NCBI GenBank assembly: GCA_963827685.1
Contig: CAWHBU010000002.1
Location: forward strand, 1,215,912 to 1,279,911
From: an uncultured delta proteobacterium
GTDB lineage: Bacteria; Desulfobacterota; BSN033; UBA1163
Direction of reading: 5' to 3'
DNA: 64,000 bases
The translations under genes and the position numbers were made by a program. The notes beneath the pieces were generated by a model. The model made no database searches, had not been told where the DNA came from, and saw only the letters and a program-made list of their open reading frames with translations. Positions 47,227 to 56,585 of the stretch are shown here, piece after piece. Position 1 is the first letter of the stretch; every line of letters begins with the position of its first letter.

Positions 47227-49086
47227 TTAATAGACTATTGCCCATATTATAAAGACAACAGTAAGTAATCCTACAATAAGGGAAGTTATTCCTATAGCAC
47301 CGGAGAAAAGGTTACCAAGAACGTTAGGGAAGGAAATTTTTAACTTCTCCAATTCTTTCGCTTCAAATAATCGATCGTATTCTAAGGATCTTTCCTCGAT
47401 AAACTCCCATTTATATATTCTACCTGTAAACATGGCATAGTTCATGGGCCATTTGGTTGGGACAAAGTGGGTATTGAAAAAGTGAATTGTGAAAATAAAG
47501 CCAATAGCAAGAAGTGCCTCTTCAGAATGGATAATACGAGCCACGTTTATTACCCATCCCGGGAAAAATTTGGCAGTTGCACTGGGTGACCATAGCAAAG
47601 CGCCTGAAATACCAATAGCAACCATCCCCCAAAAAACAGCAAGAATATCGAATTTTTCGTAATAAGCCCAGTGGTCAAATTTTGGGGGCGGGCCTTGATC
47701 CACAAACCATCTGCCCATGGTTATGAAATCCTCCCAATCCTTTTTTCTTGGCAAAAAGGAATTAGGCCCCCAAAGTCTCTCTTTTATCGTCTTTCCTCTT
47801 TTCTTGTTAAAGAGGGTGAAATGGGTACAATAGGCAAGAAAGATGAAAAATTCCAAAAAGATAACAAACGCACATACTTGATGAAGGAGTATTGACCCCT
47901 CAGGTCCACCAATAAAATGCAGCATGAATTTTGACCAACCGGCATCTGGGAATTTAATAGGGAGGCCTGTGGAAGCGAGTCCAAAGAAGGCAAAGATACA
48001 AAAAAGGTGGAAAAGCCTGTCTCTAAGTTTAAAACGGATATAGGCCTCTCCGGGGTTTTCAATATGGATAAGTCTCTCTGATATGAGATGTCCTTCCCTC
48101 AGCTGCCTCTGTTTCTCCCAATAGGCTTTTCGCCACCAGAGAAGGGTATGACCCCAGTAAAAAAGGAGGGTACTCAAAAGGAGCATAACCATGAAAATCC
48201 TTGTCCAAAAGAGCAGAGGATATTTTTCCCTATCACGCAAATCAGGATGGGCGGTATATTTTGTAAAGTTTAGATTTACCCCTTGATGGCATTTTGAGCA
48301 TACCTTCGTAAGGTTTTTCTCGTTAATTGAAGATTTAGGATCCTGTCTAGGGAGGATATTATGGGCGCCGTGACAATCAGCACAACCTGCGGCAGGACCA
48401 CCCAATTTTCTTATCGTTCCATGAAGAGTCTCTTGATAGGTTTCAACGGCAATTGTAGTGAGATTATTCTTTTTCATAAGCTCTTTATCGCCATGACACC
48501 TGATGCATGTTTTCGTATAAAAATCCCTTGCCTCTAAGGAATATCCCTTTCCAAAAACATGGAAAAGTTTCGTATTATGCAGGCCATGACAATCTGAACA
48601 GACTGCAGAATCTTGGTTACCGTTAAGGATTGCTTTATCATGGCCACTTTCTACATAATCCTCCATGCTATGGCAGGATGTACATTTATTGATGATCGCC
48701 ACTTTGCTTCTATCCCATCTTCCCAAATAATGGATGCCAGAGTGGCATTCGGTACAGTCGAACTCATTCTTAATACGGTGTACATTTTCCAGGTATTCCT
48801 TTGCTTCCGTCTGATGGCAAGGGCTACAATCTACCTTTGCCGGTATGTAGATTCTTTTCGCATGCTTTTCAATATCTATAATATCTACATGACAGCTACT
48901 ACAAGCATTGGGACCATGGACAGAGTTTGCATATTTCATCCCGTTTATGCTACTTCCGTGGCATTTCAAACAATCTGTTGTAAAAAGGGGCCTTTTCATA
49001 TTTACGTTGATTGTAACCTCTCGGAATTCAGCAAAAGAAGGGGAGGAATAAAAAAGCATGAAGAGGATTAAAAAGAGCCTCATCAT
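47227..49086 (-). CDS. CbcL-like fused multiheme cytochrome c (9 CxxCH) / cytochrome b
   Basis: Signal peptide after AAAGGAG RBS; CLKCH, CSSCH, CSPCH, CTECH, CTSCH, CSDCH, CIRCH, CADCH, CSKCH; then RLFH, LLHQ, FDHWAYYEKFD, IIHSEEALLA...IHFFNTH. Confidence 0.88.
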   Translation of the reverse strand: MMRLFLILFMLFYSSPSFAEFREVTINVNMKRPLFTTDCLKCHGSSINGMKYANSVHGPNACSSCHVDIIDIEKHAKRIYIPAKVDCSPCHQTEAKEYLENVHRIKNEFDCTECHSGIHYLGRWDRSKVAIINKCTSCHSMEDYVESGHDKAILNGNQDSAVCSDCHGLHNTKLFHVFGKGYSLEARDFYTKTCIRCHGDKELMKKNNLTTIAVETYQETLHGTIRKLGGPAAGCADCHGAHNILPRQDPKSSINEKNLTKVCSKCHQGVNLNFTKYTAHPDLRDREKYPLLFWTRIFMVMLLLSTLLFYWGHTLLWWRKAYWEKQRQLREGHLISERLIHIENPGEAYIRFKLRDRLFHLFCIFAFFGLASTGLPIKFPDAGWSKFMLHFIGGPEGSILLHQVCAFVIFLEFFIFLAYCTHFTLFNKKRGKTIKERLWGPNSFLPRKKDWEDFITMGRWFVDQGPPPKFDHWAYYEKFDILAVFWGMVAIGISGALLWSPSATAKFFPGWVINVARIIHSEEALLAIGFIFTIHFFNTHFVPTKWPMNYAMFTGRIYKWEFIEERSLEYDRLFEAKELEKLKISFPNVLGNLFSGAIGITSLIVGLLTVVFIIWAIVY

Positions 49087-49112
49087 ATTCTCCTTTCTAA
49101 GTTCCAAAATAT

Positions 49113-49158
49113 TTTTGACATTTGAGCTTTGGTATTTGATATTTCGACATTCGGATTT
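49113..49158. repeat. Degenerate 7-nt tandem repeats
   Basis: TTTGACA TTTGAGC TTTGGTA TTTGATA TTTCGACA TTCGGA; related tracts at about 46806-46870 (inverse) and 51423-51480. Confidence 0.6.
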
Positions 49159-49927
49159 ATATTCTTTCAATGGTTATATCTTTTGCGTCCCGAATCTCCT
49201 TTTCCAAATCAGCCATCGCAACGGTGCGGATCGGCAGATAGGCACGAGAGCTAAAGATGGTGATGCACCTCTTGTTGAACATGATTAAAGGGGCATTGGG
49301 TTGATGGGACCGGACAAGAACCTGTTTTTGATATCGCTCCATCAATCGACTGAAATATTGTGGTCCAAATTGGGGTCTTCCCCAAATGTCTCCTGGGAAG
49401 TCCGTTTCGCTTTCCACAAAATCCCCCCAAACAATTCGGTCCCAATGCTCATCTCCCAATTCGATCTGGTTCATGTCTTCAAGGGTCTTTAAATCTGGCA
49501 GCGCACCGTGAAGGGCCAAGATTCCATTTTGAGTAGTGGCCGCAATAGGAAATTTTGAGAAGAGAAGGCCGTAGGCTTCCCTTTCTTCAAAAGAAATGGA
49601 AGTCCAAAAATTGGCAGGATAAAGCTCTTTCACCATAAATCCTTCATGATTCCCAGCCAGCAGAAAGATTTCCTCAGGATGTTCCAACTTCAATCTCAGA
49701 AGGTATTGGATATTCTCTTCGGAATAATTTCCGCGATCCACATAGTCTCCTAAGAAGACAATGTGATAAGGTTCTTTGAGGTATCGCTCGATAACCTGCT
49801 GACTGGCCTCCAGATCTCCATGGGTATCTCCCACAAAAACCACTCTCCCCTGTGAGGGAAGATGGATCAGCCGCGGTTCCTTCTCAAATACTTCCTCTGC
49901 CTTTCTAAGAAGATCCTTCCACTCCAC
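49157..49927 (-). CDS. PPP-family Ser/Thr protein phosphatase-like metallophosphoesterase
   Basis: GDTHG, GDYVDRG, GNHE, HG, VWGD, RSHQ, TIFS. Confidence 0.88.
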   Translation of the reverse strand: MEWKDLLRKAEEVFEKEPRLIHLPSQGRVVFVGDTHGDLEASQQVIERYLKEPYHIVFLGDYVDRGNYSEENIQYLLRLKLEHPEEIFLLAGNHEGFMVKELYPANFWTSISFEEREAYGLLFSKFPIAATTQNGILALHGALPDLKTLEDMNQIELGDEHWDRIVWGDFVESETDFPGDIWGRPQFGPQYFSRLMERYQKQVLVRSHQPNAPLIMFNKRCITIFSSRAYLPIRTVAMADLEKEIRDAKDITIERI

Positions 49928-49935
49928 CTCTTTCC

Positions 49936-50334
49936 CTATGTCTTCACCGCTTTGACATGGACCTTCCGATTCCTTGGCCCATCAAATTCGCAAAAAAAGA
50001 TTCCCTGCCAGGTTCCAAGGACTAACTTCCCTGACTCAACAAAAACGATTTCAGAACACCCCACCAGACTGGCCTTGATATGAGCCGGAGAATTTCCTTC
50101 CGAGTGGTGATATTGATCCTTAAAAGGAATGATCTTGTTTAACTCCATGACAATATCGCGAGCGACGCTTGGGTCCGCATTCTCATTGATCGTGACCGCC
50201 GCAGTGGTGTGAGGGATAAAGACGATGCAGAATCCATCCCCTACCCCTGTTTTTTTCACGGCCTCTTGAACAGAACGGGTGATGTCAATAAATTCGGTCT
50301 GCGTTGATGTTGCTACTTGAAAAGTTTGAATCAT
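49936..50334 (-). CDS. yjbQ: YjbQ (UPF0047) family protein
   Basis: PHTTAAVTINENADP, HSEGNSPAHIKASL, LGTWQGIFFCEFDGPR. Confidence 0.93.
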   Translation of the reverse strand: MIQTFQVATSTQTEFIDITRSVQEAVKKTGVGDGFCIVFIPHTTAAVTINENADPSVARDIVMELNKIIPFKDQYHHSEGNSPAHIKASLVGCSEIVFVESGKLVLGTWQGIFFCEFDGPRNRKVHVKAVKT

Positions 50335-50437
50335 CTTCAACTCCACCCCTCCGAAAAAGATTGACAATAATTCATTTTCATATCACATCCGCTGAAGAAT
50401 CTCAATCATATCTCAATATTACGTTCAATGAATCTTA

Positions 50438-50466
50438 TTGACTCTTTCATCTCAATTTAGTAAATT
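50438..50466 (+). promoter_or_regulatory. Candidate sigma70 promoter of the ECF operon
   Basis: TTGACT-N17-TAAATT about 20 nt before the ATG. Confidence 0.5.
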
Positions 50467-50487
50467 CCCGTCCGACTGGGGAAACAA

Positions 50488-51234
50488 ATGAAAACTGCTT
50501 TTCGGATGTGGAAGAACACCCGGATGATTATTTTAGTAGCCGTCTGTGCAGCCATTTATGGTGCGGCGCTCATTGCCTTCAAGACCGCCATTCCTCTCAT
50601 CCCGGGGATCACCGAAGTGCGTGTCGCCAATATCTTTCCAATGGTATTCGGAATGCTCTTCGGCCCTGCGGGCGCCTGGGGGACAGGAATTGGGAATCTC
50701 ATTGGGGATATCTTCGGAGGCACGCTGGGACCGACCTCCATTGCCGGCTTCGCGGGCAATTTTCTACTCGGCTACCTCCCTTACACCATGTGGGTCACAT
50801 TTGTGCCCTTTGCTAAGAAGTCTCCCCAATGGGAAGCCGGAAGTTGGCGCAACTGGATAAATTATCTTCTCATTGGCTTTATCTCCAGCGCTGCGTGTGC
50901 AGTCGTGATTGGTATCGCCGCAGATGCTCTGGGGATCGTGCCTTACGCCATTCTAACAAAGATCATTGCTCTCAACGACACCATTGCCAGTTGGATCGGA
51001 TTGCTCCTGTTCATCTCCGTATATGGTGTCACGAAACACCAACTCGGTCTCTTTTGGACTGATGTGGTGGATGAGAGTGATATTGGCTCACCCATCGCTG
51101 GTGCTGTCGGTGCATGGTTAGTTGCAACCGCTTCAGTGTTCGGCCTGCTGGGTGGAATGATCACGGGCGTTCAAACAACCACCATTGGCTGGCTATGTAC
51201 CCTCGCCATTGTCATCGGCTGCCTCTTACTATAA
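50488..51234 (+). CDS. ECF transporter S component (QueT-like family)
   Basis: MWKNTRM...PGITEVRVAN...LFGPAGAWG..IGNLIGD; multi-TM; upstream of ECF ATPase and T genes. Confidence 0.82.
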   Translation: MKTAFRMWKNTRMIILVAVCAAIYGAALIAFKTAIPLIPGITEVRVANIFPMVFGMLFGPAGAWGTGIGNLIGDIFGGTLGPTSIAGFAGNFLLGYLPYTMWVTFVPFAKKSPQWEAGSWRNWINYLLIGFISSAACAVVIGIAADALGIVPYAILTKIIALNDTIASWIGLLLFISVYGVTKHQLGLFWTDVVDESDIGSPIAGAVGAWLVATASVFGLLGGMITGVQTTTIGWLCTLAIVIGCLLL

Positions 51235-51317
51235 ACTGGAAATTCGAAGCAAATTTTTCATGATGAATTCGTCAATTGGAAACTATGGAAATTGAATTTT
51301 GTTGGTTTGATCCATTA

Positions 51318-51411
51318 TGTCATTCCCGTGCAAGCGGGAATCCAGATTCGGGTCTGTATGAGAAACCGGAACCATGCTATAAGCTGGATTCCTGCCTTCG
51401 CAGGAATGACA
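51318..51411. repeat. REP-doublet / MITE-like element
   Basis: TGTCATTCCCGTGCAAGCGGGAATCCAG ... CTGGATTCCTGCCTTCGCAGGAATGACA terminal inverted repeats; partial copy at about 47030. Confidence 0.75.
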
Positions 51412-51492
51412 AAGGAGGAGGATTTTGACATTTCAGTTTTGGGTTTGGTTTGACATTTGAACTTTGGCATTTGACATTTTAATTATTAAAAT

Positions 51493-53184
51493 ATGAGCCT
51501 TGCCGTCTCAATTGAAGACCTGACGTTCGCTTATCAAGGAAGCGAACGGCCTGCCCTGCAGAATATCCAGGGCGAGATGGAAGAGGGAACCTTTGTGGCA
51601 GTGATGGGGCATGGGGGAGCTGGTAAGTCCACTCTATGTTACAGTCTCAATGCCCTTGTGCCTAAATTCTTCCATGGGAAATATCAGGGCCGTGTTCTGG
51701 TAAGCGGACAAGAAGTCGCGCGGCATCGAGTTTCTGAGATGTCACGTCTTGTCGGGTTGATACTCCAGGACTTTGAAGCACAACTCTTCTCCACAACGGT
51801 TGAGTTGGAAATGGCCTTTGGGCCAGAAAACCATTGTCTTCCTCGCCAGGAGATCGAACGCCGTATTCAACGCTATCTCAACTTCGTACGTTTAGAAAAA
51901 CTTCGCAGCCGCGAACCAGCGAGTCTTTCCGGCGGACAGAAACAAAGACTGGCTATCGGTTCAGTCCTTGCATTGGAGCCCAGGATCCTTGTAATGGACG
52001 AACCTGTCACTGATCTCGACCCTCTTGGACGTGAAGAAGTCCTTTCATTAGCCAAAACTATTCGAGAAGAGGGCCGCATGCTCCTCATCGTGGATCATGA
52101 ACCAGAAACGGCCGTCACTGCAGATCAAGTGTGGTTAATGCGCGATGGTCAGGTCGTTTCACAAGGATCGCCTTTGGAAATCCTCGCGGATGTGACGATG
52201 ATGGAATCATGCGGGATTAAAACCCTGCCCACGGTCGAGCTATTTCATACGATGGGCTGGCCAGGAAATCCTCTGACGGTCGATACAGCGATTGAACTCA
52301 TTCAAAGGCATCACTTTGCTCGACGCCGTGAATTGAAGGCCGAAACAGTCTCTTCTGGCCCATCCGAAGGTTCGTCCGTTCTCAAGGCCGAGGAACTAAG
52401 ATACACCTATCCCACATACGATGTTGAGGCACTGCGAGGAATTGATTTATCTATCCAGGAAGGTGAATTCTCCGCCATTTTGGGGCAAAATGGATCCGGC
52501 AAGACCACCCTGGCCAAACACTTTAACGGTCTGCTCAAACCCAGCTCTGGCCACATGTGGGTGCAGAACAAACCGACTACCGAGTATAGCCATCGCGAGT
52601 TAGCGCGAAAGGTAGGATATGTGTTTCAAAATCCCGATCACCAGATCTTTGCAGGGACAGTCGCTGAGGAGGTGGGCTTCGGACTCAAGATGCAAGGTGA
52701 GACTTCCAAAAAGATTGAGAGGCGAGTGGCCGAGGCATTGGAAGTAGTGGGGTTACAAGGTTATGAACAGAAGGTGCCTTTCGCTTTGACGAAAGGTGAA
52801 CGACAACGCGTGGCTGTGGCGTCTGTGCTGGCCGCTCAGCCGCAAGTGATCATCCTCGACGAGCCAACAACCGGCCTTGATTACCGTCACCAACGAAACA
52901 TGATGGAGATGTTAAAGCGTTTAAATCAATACGGACATACCATCATTATCATCACGCATTCTATGTGGGTGGCCACTGAATATGCGAATCGGACCATTGT
53001 CATGAAGGATGGCCGTATTCTGTCAGATGGACCTACTCGTGCGATCTTCTCCGATGAGAACAAATTAGCTGAAGCGTCATTATCCCCACCCTCACTGGTG
53101 CGGTTGAGTAACTGGTTGGGCACAAAGGCGCTTACAGTTCAGCAGATGGTGCAGGAGTTAAAGACCCGTGTTGGTGATTCGTGA
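51493..53184 (+). CDS. ECF transporter fused double ATPase (EcfA-A')
   Basis: GHGGAGKST...LSGGQKQR...DEP and GQNGSGKTT...FQNPDHQ...LTKGERQR...DEPT. Confidence 0.92.
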   Translation: MSLAVSIEDLTFAYQGSERPALQNIQGEMEEGTFVAVMGHGGAGKSTLCYSLNALVPKFFHGKYQGRVLVSGQEVARHRVSEMSRLVGLILQDFEAQLFSTTVELEMAFGPENHCLPRQEIERRIQRYLNFVRLEKLRSREPASLSGGQKQRLAIGSVLALEPRILVMDEPVTDLDPLGREEVLSLAKTIREEGRMLLIVDHEPETAVTADQVWLMRDGQVVSQGSPLEILADVTMMESCGIKTLPTVELFHTMGWPGNPLTVDTAIELIQRHHFARRRELKAETVSSGPSEGSSVLKAEELRYTYPTYDVEALRGIDLSIQEGEFSAILGQNGSGKTTLAKHFNGLLKPSSGHMWVQNKPTTEYSHRELARKVGYVFQNPDHQIFAGTVAEEVGFGLKMQGETSKKIERRVAEALEVVGLQGYEQKVPFALTKGERQRVAVASVLAAQPQVIILDEPTTGLDYRHQRNMMEMLKRLNQYGHTIIIITHSMWVATEYANRTIVMKDGRILSDGPTRAIFSDENKLAEASLSPPSLVRLSNWLGTKALTVQQMVQELKTRVGDS

Positions 53185-53269
53185 ATCGTGTTAGTAAATC
53201 AACGCAAAGAATTCAAATCACCAGCACGAATCACTTTCGCGAATCGCTTTTTGCAATGAGTCGTTTGCT

Positions 53270-54064
53270 ATGAACATCTTCCTCTACCTCGACAGAGGCA
53301 CTTGGATACATCGCCTGGATCCGCGGACTAAGATGATGGCCGTTCTGATTGTCTTCTCCATCTGCTTGTGTTTCAACGATCCATTATATATGGCCGCCAT
53401 CAGTTTGGGCATCGCACTGGTCGCTATCTCAGCTAAAGCGTTGCCAAATTTCTGGCGGCTTCGCTTTATCCTCATCCTACTCATCGTTTTCAGCACGATG
53501 ATGTGGCCTTTCTTTGCCAGAGGGCCAACCCCATTGTGGTCATGGGGATCTCTCCAGGTGAGCCAAGAATCCCTTCTCTATGGGGTTGCCATGGGACTTC
53601 GTTTGGCAACGTTTGTAGGGACTGGTTTAATTTTTCTTTCGACAACAAGAAATGAGGAGTTGACCAACGGCCTCATCCGAATGGGATGCCCCTACCCCAT
53701 AGCCTTCGCCTTGTCTACTGCTTTGAGACTCATTCCAACCTTCGCCGGTGCCGGAGCAACCATCATCCAGGCTCAGGTTTCACGCGGATTGGATCTGGAA
53801 TCAGGGAATATCTTGAGTCGCGTTGGTAAGTTCATCCCTCAGGCAGTGCCTCTCTTCATTTACGCTATTCGCCACACCAATCTACTGGCAATGGCCTTGG
53901 AATCAAAAGGTTTCAGCCCTGAATCAAAACGCACGATGTATTATGAGCCTCAAATGCGAGGGATAGACTATACAGTGCTTGTTTCCCTTATATTGATCTT
54001 GGGATTATTATTATATATTCGGTTGGGGTTACACCTCGGTGCCGTCATCCCAGGTCGTTTATAG
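53270..54064 (+). CDS. ECF transporter T component
   Basis: HRLDPRTK, AQVSRG, AMALESKGF. Confidence 0.92.
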   Translation: MNIFLYLDRGTWIHRLDPRTKMMAVLIVFSICLCFNDPLYMAAISLGIALVAISAKALPNFWRLRFILILLIVFSTMMWPFFARGPTPLWSWGSLQVSQESLLYGVAMGLRLATFVGTGLIFLSTTRNEELTNGLIRMGCPYPIAFALSTALRLIPTFAGAGATIIQAQVSRGLDLESGNILSRVGKFIPQAVPLFIYAIRHTNLLAMALESKGFSPESKRTMYYEPQMRGIDYTVLVSLILILGLLLYIRLGLHLGAVIPGRL

Positions 54065-54155
54065 CGCGGCTACTTTTCTCATCTAAAGTAATGAGTTATT
54101 ATAGTTAGAGAGAGATCCGTAACGATGAAAAGAAATCTTGTGTTGAGGTAAGGAA

Positions 54156-54854
54156 ATGGAAGAGGAGTATTTGCCTTATTTGGCTCCAACAGCCATTATT
54201 GACAGTGATCATAAGAGTATCCGAGATTATGCCATCAAGACTATAGGTGGAAGTACAGACCCCATCAAGATCGCCGTGGAGCTTTATCTCGCTGTTCGCG
54301 ATGGGATCCTTTACGACCCTTATGCTCCTTTTTATCTTCCTGAGCATTATCGCGCGAGCTATGTGCTCAAGCGTGGCAGGAGTTTCTGTATACCCAAGGC
54401 ATCCCTCCTCTGTGCCCTGGGAAGAGCCTGCGGCATTCCTTCCCGTATCGGTTTTGCCGATGTCCGTAATCATCTTGCCACGAAGCAGCTCATTGAATTC
54501 TTGGGGAGTGACTTTTTCGTTTATCACGGTTTTGCAGAATTTCATCTGGAGGGGAAATGGGTAAAAGCCACACCGGCTTTCAACAGCGATCTCTGTAAAA
54601 GGCATCATGTCCCACCTCTTGAGTTTAACGGCCGTGAAGATTCTGTTTTTCAGGCCTATAATTTGCAAAATCAAAGATTTATGGAATATGTGAGGCTTCA
54701 CGGAGTTTATGCCGATATTCCTGTGGATCGGATCGTGTCGGCATGGGAAGAAGCTTATGGCAGGGATCGTATCAGGAATTGGATTAGAAGGTTCAAAGAA
54801 AGAGGGGATCGCAGTCTCTCCGACTTTGAAAAAGAAGAAATTTCAAAAACTTAA
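54156..54854 (+). CDS. Transglutaminase-like protein
   Basis: VRDGILYDPY, FCIPKA (Cys), YHG (His), WVKATPAF. Confidence 0.88.
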   Translation: MEEEYLPYLAPTAIIDSDHKSIRDYAIKTIGGSTDPIKIAVELYLAVRDGILYDPYAPFYLPEHYRASYVLKRGRSFCIPKASLLCALGRACGIPSRIGFADVRNHLATKQLIEFLGSDFFVYHGFAEFHLEGKWVKATPAFNSDLCKRHHVPPLEFNGREDSVFQAYNLQNQRFMEYVRLHGVYADIPVDRIVSAWEEAYGRDRIRNWIRRFKERGDRSLSDFEKEEISKT

Positions 54855-54919
54855 AAAAATAATGTTATTGAAATTTTTCTTTCGATGAGGTATCTTGAAA
54901 AGCGGGAGGAGGATCCCGG

Positions 54920-55159
54920 ATGCCCCAAAAAAAGATCTCAGAGATTTTGAAACTGGTTGAATTCCTCAATGAGGAGGTGAAAGAGGTTTCAAAAAGATTA
55001 AGCCGGGTGACACCAAAAGAGGTCAGTGAAAAATTAGGGGCCTTAGCCTTGCTCAGAGAGAAGATCCTCAACCTTCAAGTCGACCTTCCCCAAGAAGTAG
55101 AGAAAAAACTGACAGAGATCTACCCCTCCATCGAAAAAATCAAACAAAAACCCTCCTGA
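54920..55159 (+). CDS. Small helical hypothetical protein
   Basis: 79-aa amphipathic ORF with GGAGGAGG RBS. Confidence 0.65.
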   Translation: MPQKKISEILKLVEFLNEEVKEVSKRLSRVTPKEVSEKLGALALLREKILNLQVDLPQEVEKKLTEIYPSIEKIKQKPS

Positions 55160-55465
55160 TTTGCTGCGTCTTCCATATCGCAACCTGTGGGATAGCGCGG
55201 ATAGTGGCAAGATATCCGCAGGTTAGACTTTGAAAATTCTTCATCGCCACCTTGTTTGTTTCTTCCTGAAGCCTTTGTGCCGATTAATCGGCACAAAGGA
55301 GGATGAAGATTTAGTATTTGGCACCATGAGTTGGTTATCTATTTTCAGGGGGAAGCGTGATTTTTATATTTCTTCCATCGATATAAGGTTTCAAGCAGTC
55401 GATAATTCTTGTCGTAATCCCTCAGTTATGGGTAATTATTGGTTATGGAGTTATCCTTTTTTCTC

Positions 55466-55520
55466 GTAGCGTCGGCATTTATTGCCGACGGACTCCGCCC
55501 TCAATAAATGAGGGCGCTAC
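55466..55520. repeat. GTAG-type REP doublet
   Basis: GTAGCGTCGGCATTTATTGCCGAC ... GCCCTCAATAAATGAGGGCGCTAC. Confidence 0.7.
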
Positions 55521-55577
55521 AATTATTATAAAAATTCCTCGCGTAACTGAGGGATTACTTCTTGTCTCCGATTTATC

Positions 55578-55606
55578 TTGACATTGCGCAGAGAATAGTG
55601 TATAAG
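55578..55606 (+). promoter_or_regulatory. Sigma70 promoter
   Basis: TTGACA-N17-TATAAG. Confidence 0.75.
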
Positions 55607-55650
55607 AAAATCAAACCTAGTTGCAAAGAGTCCTTTTTAGGACGTGAGAG

Positions 55651-55693
55651 AAACCCGCAAAGAACTCCAAACAGCTTCTTTGCGGGTTTTTTT
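55651..55693 (+). terminator. Intrinsic terminator inside the leader
   Basis: AAACCCGCAAAGAA / TTCTTTGCGGGTTT 14-bp stem followed by a T-run. Confidence 0.8.
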
Positions 55694-55864
55694 ATCAAGC
55701 CTCGGAGAGTCTCTTTCCAGTATCTACCAAAAGCGAGTCTCTTACCTGTATCTACCGAAAGCTGACAAAAAAAGGAAAGGAGGTTTGGGATCTATAAAGA
55801 GGCGCAGGACCTAAGTGTCTAATATTCCTACTAACCTTTAGTACCCAAGAAAGGGGGACATTGT

Positions 55865-56398
55865 ATGCATTTCATAAAGATTTTCATATTGATAGCTTTA
55901 AGTCTGGCCATTGGATTTTTTGGTTGCACCAAGGAAGGGAAGAAGGCGGAGGCTCCCGCACAAGAGCAAATCATTAAAAATTTGGTTCCACCGAACGCGG
56001 AGGTCAAGGGGCCGGCTTTTTTTGTGGAACTTAGCGACCTTAAGGTCATCACAACGGTAAACACAGCTTCTAAAGAGATCGTTGAGACGCCGACTCTCAG
56101 GGGTAACATCAAGATCACCAATAAATCGAAAGATATCCTGGATATCCAGGCGGTCACCCTCGAATATTTGGATGAAGCTGGGAAGCCAATCCCTTATAAA
56201 CCGGAAGAGAAAATAGTGAAGGTTTATTCGTTTTGGAAGGCTATCCCGCCTGAAGGTGTCACCGAAGGGACTTTGGACGTTACGATCCCGACGAAAGCTA
56301 TCAAAGAAAAGTCCCTTAGAAAGATAGAAGTCGACCTGGTCTATGTCCCGTCTCCTCTTAAACGAGAGATTTTGACATTGTCTGAAAAGGTTGAATAG
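55865..56398 (+). CDS. Putative lipoprotein
   Basis: Signal peptide with FFGC lipobox; beta-rich body. Confidence 0.75.
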   Translation: MHFIKIFILIALSLAIGFFGCTKEGKKAEAPAQEQIIKNLVPPNAEVKGPAFFVELSDLKVITTVNTASKEIVETPTLRGNIKITNKSKDILDIQAVTLEYLDEAGKPIPYKPEEKIVKVYSFWKAIPPEGVTEGTLDVTIPTKAIKEKSLRKIEVDLVYVPSPLKREILTLSEKVE

Positions 56399-56585
56399 TC
56401 CCTGATATCAATCCATGAGGCTAATATTTTGATCACAACATAGGGGGATAGATACTCCCTGTTCCCCTATGTTGCCAATCTACTGTGGTAGCCAGGCGGT
56501 TTGGGGTATAGGAAACACTCTGCTTGTTATATCGAGGTAGGCTATGGGAGCATGGGGTAGCCGATCGAATCGGCGGGAGGTTACG

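Noticed and set aside
49087-49170. N-terminal 28 aa of the 647-aa ORF
   Set aside because: It is translation of the 7-mer repeat tract; RBS and signal peptide point to ATG 49086.
50400-50487. preQ1 riboswitch ahead of the QueT-like gene
   Set aside because: No aptamer-like stem with A-rich tail and almost no leader after the predicted promoter.
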